Assembly (NCBI GenBank): GCA_964357695.1
Contig: CAYHNK010000005.1
Location: forward strand, 1 to 44,398
Direction: 5' to 3'
DNA length: 44,398 nucleotides
From: an uncultured Bdellovibrionales bacterium
GTDB taxonomy: Bacteria; Myxococcota; XYA12-FULL-58-9; CAYHNK01
The position numbers were made by a program, and so were the translations under genes. This document shows positions 41,165-44,398 of the stretch, in pieces (position 1 is the first letter of the stretch; each line of letters begins with the position of its first letter). The notes under the pieces were generated by a model. It did no database searches and had not been told where the DNA came from. It saw nothing but the letters and a program-made list of their open reading frames with translations.

Positions 41165-41183
41165 CTACCATGGCGCCACCTCG
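41165..41183 (-). repeat. Orphan copy of the paralogue 3' terminus (EVAPW-stop)
   Basis: accatggcgccacctcg (41167-41183) matches the end of paralogues B and C (accacggcgccacctcg) at 16/17, with an in-frame TAG. Confidence 0.65.
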
Positions 41184-41198
41184 CGACCCAGGCACGCC

Positions 41199-41234
41199 TT
41201 GCACATTGTGCGTTTGCCGCGTACATATTTACGT
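41199..41234 (+). promoter_or_regulatory. Putative sigma-70 promoter/operator of the TA operon (possibly leaderless)
   Basis: TTGCAC-N17-TACATA ends 7 nt before the ATG; no SD; dyads gcaca-t-tgtgc and cata-N6-tatg. Confidence 0.45.
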
Positions 41235-41495
41235 ATGCGCACGACCATAGAGCTGTCAGACGCGCTCGCTTCCCGCGTGCGTGCATTCATGAAGAAGCGG
41301 CGCACGACGCTGCGCGCCGTGGTCGAGATGGGGATCGAACGCGTGTTGGACGAGCAAGCGCCGACGCGTGGTTTCGAGCTCCGAGAGGCGTCGTTCAGTG
41401 GCAAGCCCGGGTTCGCACCAGGCGTCACGGCCGACGACGTCCCCCAGATCATTCGGGAGCTCAACGACCCTACTGCACGCCGCATCGATGCATGA
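41235..41495 (+). CDS. vapB: VapB-like antitoxin (ribbon-helix-helix)
   Basis: MRTTIELSDAL....R......TLRAVVE.GI pattern; 86 aa; ATGA overlap with the PIN toxin. Confidence 0.85.
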   Translation: MRTTIELSDALASRVRAFMKKRRTTLRAVVEMGIERVLDEQAPTRGFELREASFSGKPGFAPGVTADDVPQIIRELNDPTARRIDA

Positions 41496-41932
41496 TCGCC
41501 ATCGACACCAACATTCTGGTCTATGCCCACCGGCCCGAGTGCCCGTTCCATGCGCAGGCCAAGCGCTGCGTCGAGGGCCTCGCCCGCTCGGGTCAGCCCT
41601 TCGGTATGCCCGTTCACTGTCTCATCGAGTTTGTCGGCGTCGTCAGCCACCCGCGCGTCTGGGCACAACCGTCGTCTGCGCGCGACATCATCGAGCAGGT
41701 CGAGGCGTGGCTCGAAGTACCGGCGCTGCGTCTGCTGGCCGAAGACGCGGAGTTCTGGGGCAGCTTTCGCGACGCACTGCGCACCGCACGACCGACCGGC
41801 GGCGCTGTGCACGACGCGCGGATCGCGGCCTGCTGTCGCTACCACGGCATTCGTGAGCTGTGGAGTGCCGATCGGGACTTCAGTCGCTACGACTGGTTGC
41901 ACACGAGAAATCCACTCCTCGAGGATGGCTGA
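41492..41932 (+). CDS. vapC: VapC PIN-domain ribonuclease toxin
   Basis: MIAIDTNILVYAH, EF, VHDARIAA, SADRDF PIN acidic motifs. Confidence 0.94.
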   Translation: MIAIDTNILVYAHRPECPFHAQAKRCVEGLARSGQPFGMPVHCLIEFVGVVSHPRVWAQPSSARDIIEQVEAWLEVPALRLLAEDAEFWGSFRDALRTARPTGGAVHDARIAACCRYHGIRELWSADRDFSRYDWLHTRNPLLEDG

Positions 41933-42057
41933 CGCGCCGAGACGTGCCCGTCGGATGCGTCCCCTGCGTCGCTGGCGAAGCACGCGGTCGTGCTGTCGCG
42001 ACTCGAGCGGCGTAGAAACCGCCGGCACCGCGGCCACACGGACCGAGAGAGTCTGCC

Positions 42058-43866
42058 TCACCACGGAGCCACCTCATCGTTGATGCCGATGCCTGTTCGC
42101 GAACCGAGCGGCACACCGCCCATGTTCTCCGCCCGACAAAAGCCATACTCGGGCGCGCTCTCGTGCGGCACCGCGTAGGGGATGCACACCTGCTCGGGGT
42201 TGGTGCGTAGCTTGCGATAGAAGCAGTACGGGCCACGGATGGCTTGCACGGTCACGGTGCCGTCCTGGGTGGTGCAGCCGAGGGTGGTGCAGTAGGCGGG
42301 TGCGGAGGCCGCAGAGGTGCCGGCACTGGTGACTCGATACAAGAGGCAAGCCTGATCCCCCACGCTCGCGCAGTCGCTTTCGGGGTTGCTGCTGGTGCGA
42401 ATCACGTCGCCGACATCATACGCGTGCGCGCCGACTCTGAGGTTGAGCGCGAGGTCGCCGACCTTGTGCCCTTCACCGCTGTCGGGCGTTCCATAGTACG
42501 CGTTGTATCCGTACTCGAAGCCGTCGCCGTCTCCGCCGCTCTTTTCGCCGGAGTCGATGGCAACGTTGCAGCGTAGATCAATGTCGGCGGCAGTACTGCT
42601 CGCAAGCCAGAGCCAGTGGTCACATCTAACAATCGTGTTTAGATAGTACTCGGCCCGTTGCATGCGCCAGAAGCTGAGGCCCCCCACACCGATGGTGTTT
42701 TCGATGGAAGGGCGGATCCGGTACATCATGTTGCCGGCGAACGTGTTGTATTCCGGTCCGTTCCAATAGTTGTCGATGCCCCCGACGGAGTCGAAGCAAA
42801 CGTTGTTCTCCACTAGCAGATGCGACGTGCCGGCGCCGTCGGGAGGCTGGACACCATACGAGCCACCGGCGCTGACAGACATGCACATCGCGTCACTGGC
42901 TTGCGCAATACTGCTGTCGACGTGCCGTCCGCCCCACATCCTGTTGTACATGAAGATCATTGGATTGCCGGAGGTCGACGACCCGTCCTTTAGGCTGACA
43001 ATGGCCTCCGAAATCCCACACGGGCCGTTGGGCTGAATGTTGCCGCTGCAATCCGTATAGCGAGAGGCGTCGTCGTACAGATCATTGTTCTCGACAATCA
43101 TGCCGTCGCTGTCTTGGTCCTGCTGGGAAAACACCTCCTTGTTACACCGATAGATTTCGTTGCTGACGACATGAGAGTTGGTACTCCAGGAGCTGGTAAT
43201 GCAGTCATTCTCGAGGGTATTGCTCACTTGTGAATCCCGCAGGACACTATTCTGCATCGTGTTGCCTGACGGAGCGTCTGCGGGCCCACTCGTCCCAACG
43301 AAATAGACCAGATCGTCGGCGGCGTGCTGTACGAGTAGGCGATTGGCGATATTGTCGGCGGCGCCCGTGTCAAACCACAGCGTCGCGCCCGCGTGGTAGT
43401 TGTTGTCGAGCGTGAGGCGGTGCATCAACCAGTACTTCTGTCCATTGAGATGGATCCTCGCGATCACCGCCTGACTCGCGACGGATTGGTGCCATGGATC
43501 GTCGTCCGTGTCGCCCGCGCGATAGTAACGCAGCACGCTGCGCACGCCTGCCGTACCGCTAGCCGTAGGCGTCAGCGTGCCGCGCCCCGTGTGATCCCCC
43601 GCCTCGATGCAGATCACCCGATTCGACCAGTCGATCGCCGACCAATCGTTGCTCGGCGCCGTGCTCGTCGTGATCGTCTGGTCACACGGCAGCGCCGCCA
43701 GACCGTCGACGTCCACGTCGCACCGCGGATTCCCCGCCTTGCACTCATAGAGCGCGCAGTAGCAGTTAGCGTCCGGGGTCTGCCAGGACTCGGCGCAGGG
43801 AGGACATTGCGCCGCGGCCACACGCCCGGTTGCCAACGCCACGAAGAACGCGACTGTCCACTTCAT
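42058..43866 (-). CDS. Secreted Cys-capped beta-helix-like protein, paralogue D
   Basis: MKWTVAFFVALATGRVAAA signal; same N-cap and C-cap; ATG overlaps the stop of 43863..44398. Confidence 0.9.
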   Translation of the reverse strand: MKWTVAFFVALATGRVAAAQCPPCAESWQTPDANCYCALYECKAGNPRCDVDVDGLAALPCDQTITTSTAPSNDWSAIDWSNRVICIEAGDHTGRGTLTPTASGTAGVRSVLRYYRAGDTDDDPWHQSVASQAVIARIHLNGQKYWLMHRLTLDNNYHAGATLWFDTGAADNIANRLLVQHAADDLVYFVGTSGPADAPSGNTMQNSVLRDSQVSNTLENDCITSSWSTNSHVVSNEIYRCNKEVFSQQDQDSDGMIVENNDLYDDASRYTDCSGNIQPNGPCGISEAIVSLKDGSSTSGNPMIFMYNRMWGGRHVDSSIAQASDAMCMSVSAGGSYGVQPPDGAGTSHLLVENNVCFDSVGGIDNYWNGPEYNTFAGNMMYRIRPSIENTIGVGGLSFWRMQRAEYYLNTIVRCDHWLWLASSTAADIDLRCNVAIDSGEKSGGDGDGFEYGYNAYYGTPDSGEGHKVGDLALNLRVGAHAYDVGDVIRTSSNPESDCASVGDQACLLYRVTSAGTSAASAPAYCTTLGCTTQDGTVTVQAIRGPYCFYRKLRTNPEQVCIPYAVPHESAPEYGFCRAENMGGVPLGSRTGIGINDEVAPW

Positions 43867-44398
43867 GACCGCACCTCCCGGCGTCGCCGCAACACCATCA
43901 CGAGCGCCGCACCCGCCAGCCACACGAACGAGTCCGGACCCGCCGACGTGCAGCCGCAGCTCACCTTCGACACACCGCCGCCCCCATCGCGGTCATCACC
44001 GTTTCCGCCCCCCGTGTCACCTCCACCGTTCGCGCACGTCACATGCAGCGCCATCGACGACCCTTGATCAAATCGGTCGATGCCCGCGAACGTGTCGGTG
44101 CCCGTTTCGTCGTCCATCATGACAGCCACGGAGAAGCTCGTGCCAGCGTCTCGCGCCGCCGTCAGGTCCGCGAACGCCTGTGCCCCCAGCGTGAAGGTCT
44201 TGGCCCCCGTCGTACGCAGGTCGGTCGTGTCGCTGACATAGTTGTCGCTCGACACGTCGCACGCGGCGTACATGGCGCTGCCCGTATCGGTCTCGGGATC
44301 GGAGAGCCCGTCGCCGCCATACGCACCTATCGACCAGGTCTTGGTGTCGAGGCCCGCCGACACGTAGTTGACGTTGAACGACACCTCCGCCGTGGCGA
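43863..44398 (-). CDS. MYXO-CTERM partner 2 (5' part outside window), paralogue of 35832..36857
   Basis: ATAEVSFNVNYVSAGLDTKTWSIG...MMDDETGTDTFAGIDRFDQGSSMALHV is nearly identical to partner 1; SCGCTSAGPD-TM-RRRR. Confidence 0.88.
   Translation of the reverse strand, partial: ATAEVSFNVNYVSAGLDTKTWSIGAYGGDGLSDPETDTGSAMYAACDVSSDNYVSDTTDLRTTGAKTFTLGAQAFADLTAARDAGTSFSVAVMMDDETGTDTFAGIDRFDQGSSMALHVTCANGGGDTGGGNGDDRDGGGGVSKVSCGCTSAGPDSFVWLAGAALVMVLRRRREVRS

Noticed and set aside
29715-42290. Diversity-generating retroelement (repeated 3' ends as TR/VR)
   Set aside because: Differences between the repeats are mostly synonymous and not adenine-specific, all full copies are coding, and no reverse transcriptase is in the window.
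29715-44398. Integron cassette array or CRISPR array
   Set aside because: The repeats lie inside coding sequence; I found no attC-like RYYYAAC/GTTRRRY pairs, no short regularly spaced repeats, and no integrase or cas genes.

Overview
GC-rich bacterial DNA, most consistent with Myxococcota or a related delta-proteobacterial lineage (MYXO-CTERM tails, Myxococcus Cys-rich repeats, PilZ-REC proteins, Uma2, several sigma-54 promoters). 1-4.6 kb holds signalling genes and an NlpC/P60 fusion. 4.7-16.8 kb is an apparently sigma-54-controlled redox locus with no catalytic subunit: three GcvH-like proteins lacking the lipoyl Lys, a 4x[4Fe-4S] HybA/FdnH-like protein, an NrfD/HybB protein fused to a trihaem cytochrome c, a haem-c sensor kinase, an NtrC-type activator, archaemetzincin and LysR. 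16.8-24.3 kb encodes a HAD hydrolase, two lipoproteins and an atypical phospholipase D. 24.3-44.4 kb is a minus-strand array of secreted/surface proteins. Its most striking element is four ~590-aa paralogues with conserved Cys-rich N- and C-terminal caps around a divergent beta-helix-like core. Two are translationally coupled to a MYXO-CTERM partner, and the array carries deletion/insertion scars plus inserted Uma2 and VapBC genes. No rRNA, tRNA, CRISPR array, integrase, transposase or reverse transcriptase was recognised. All calls come from reading motifs by eye; no database searches were run.
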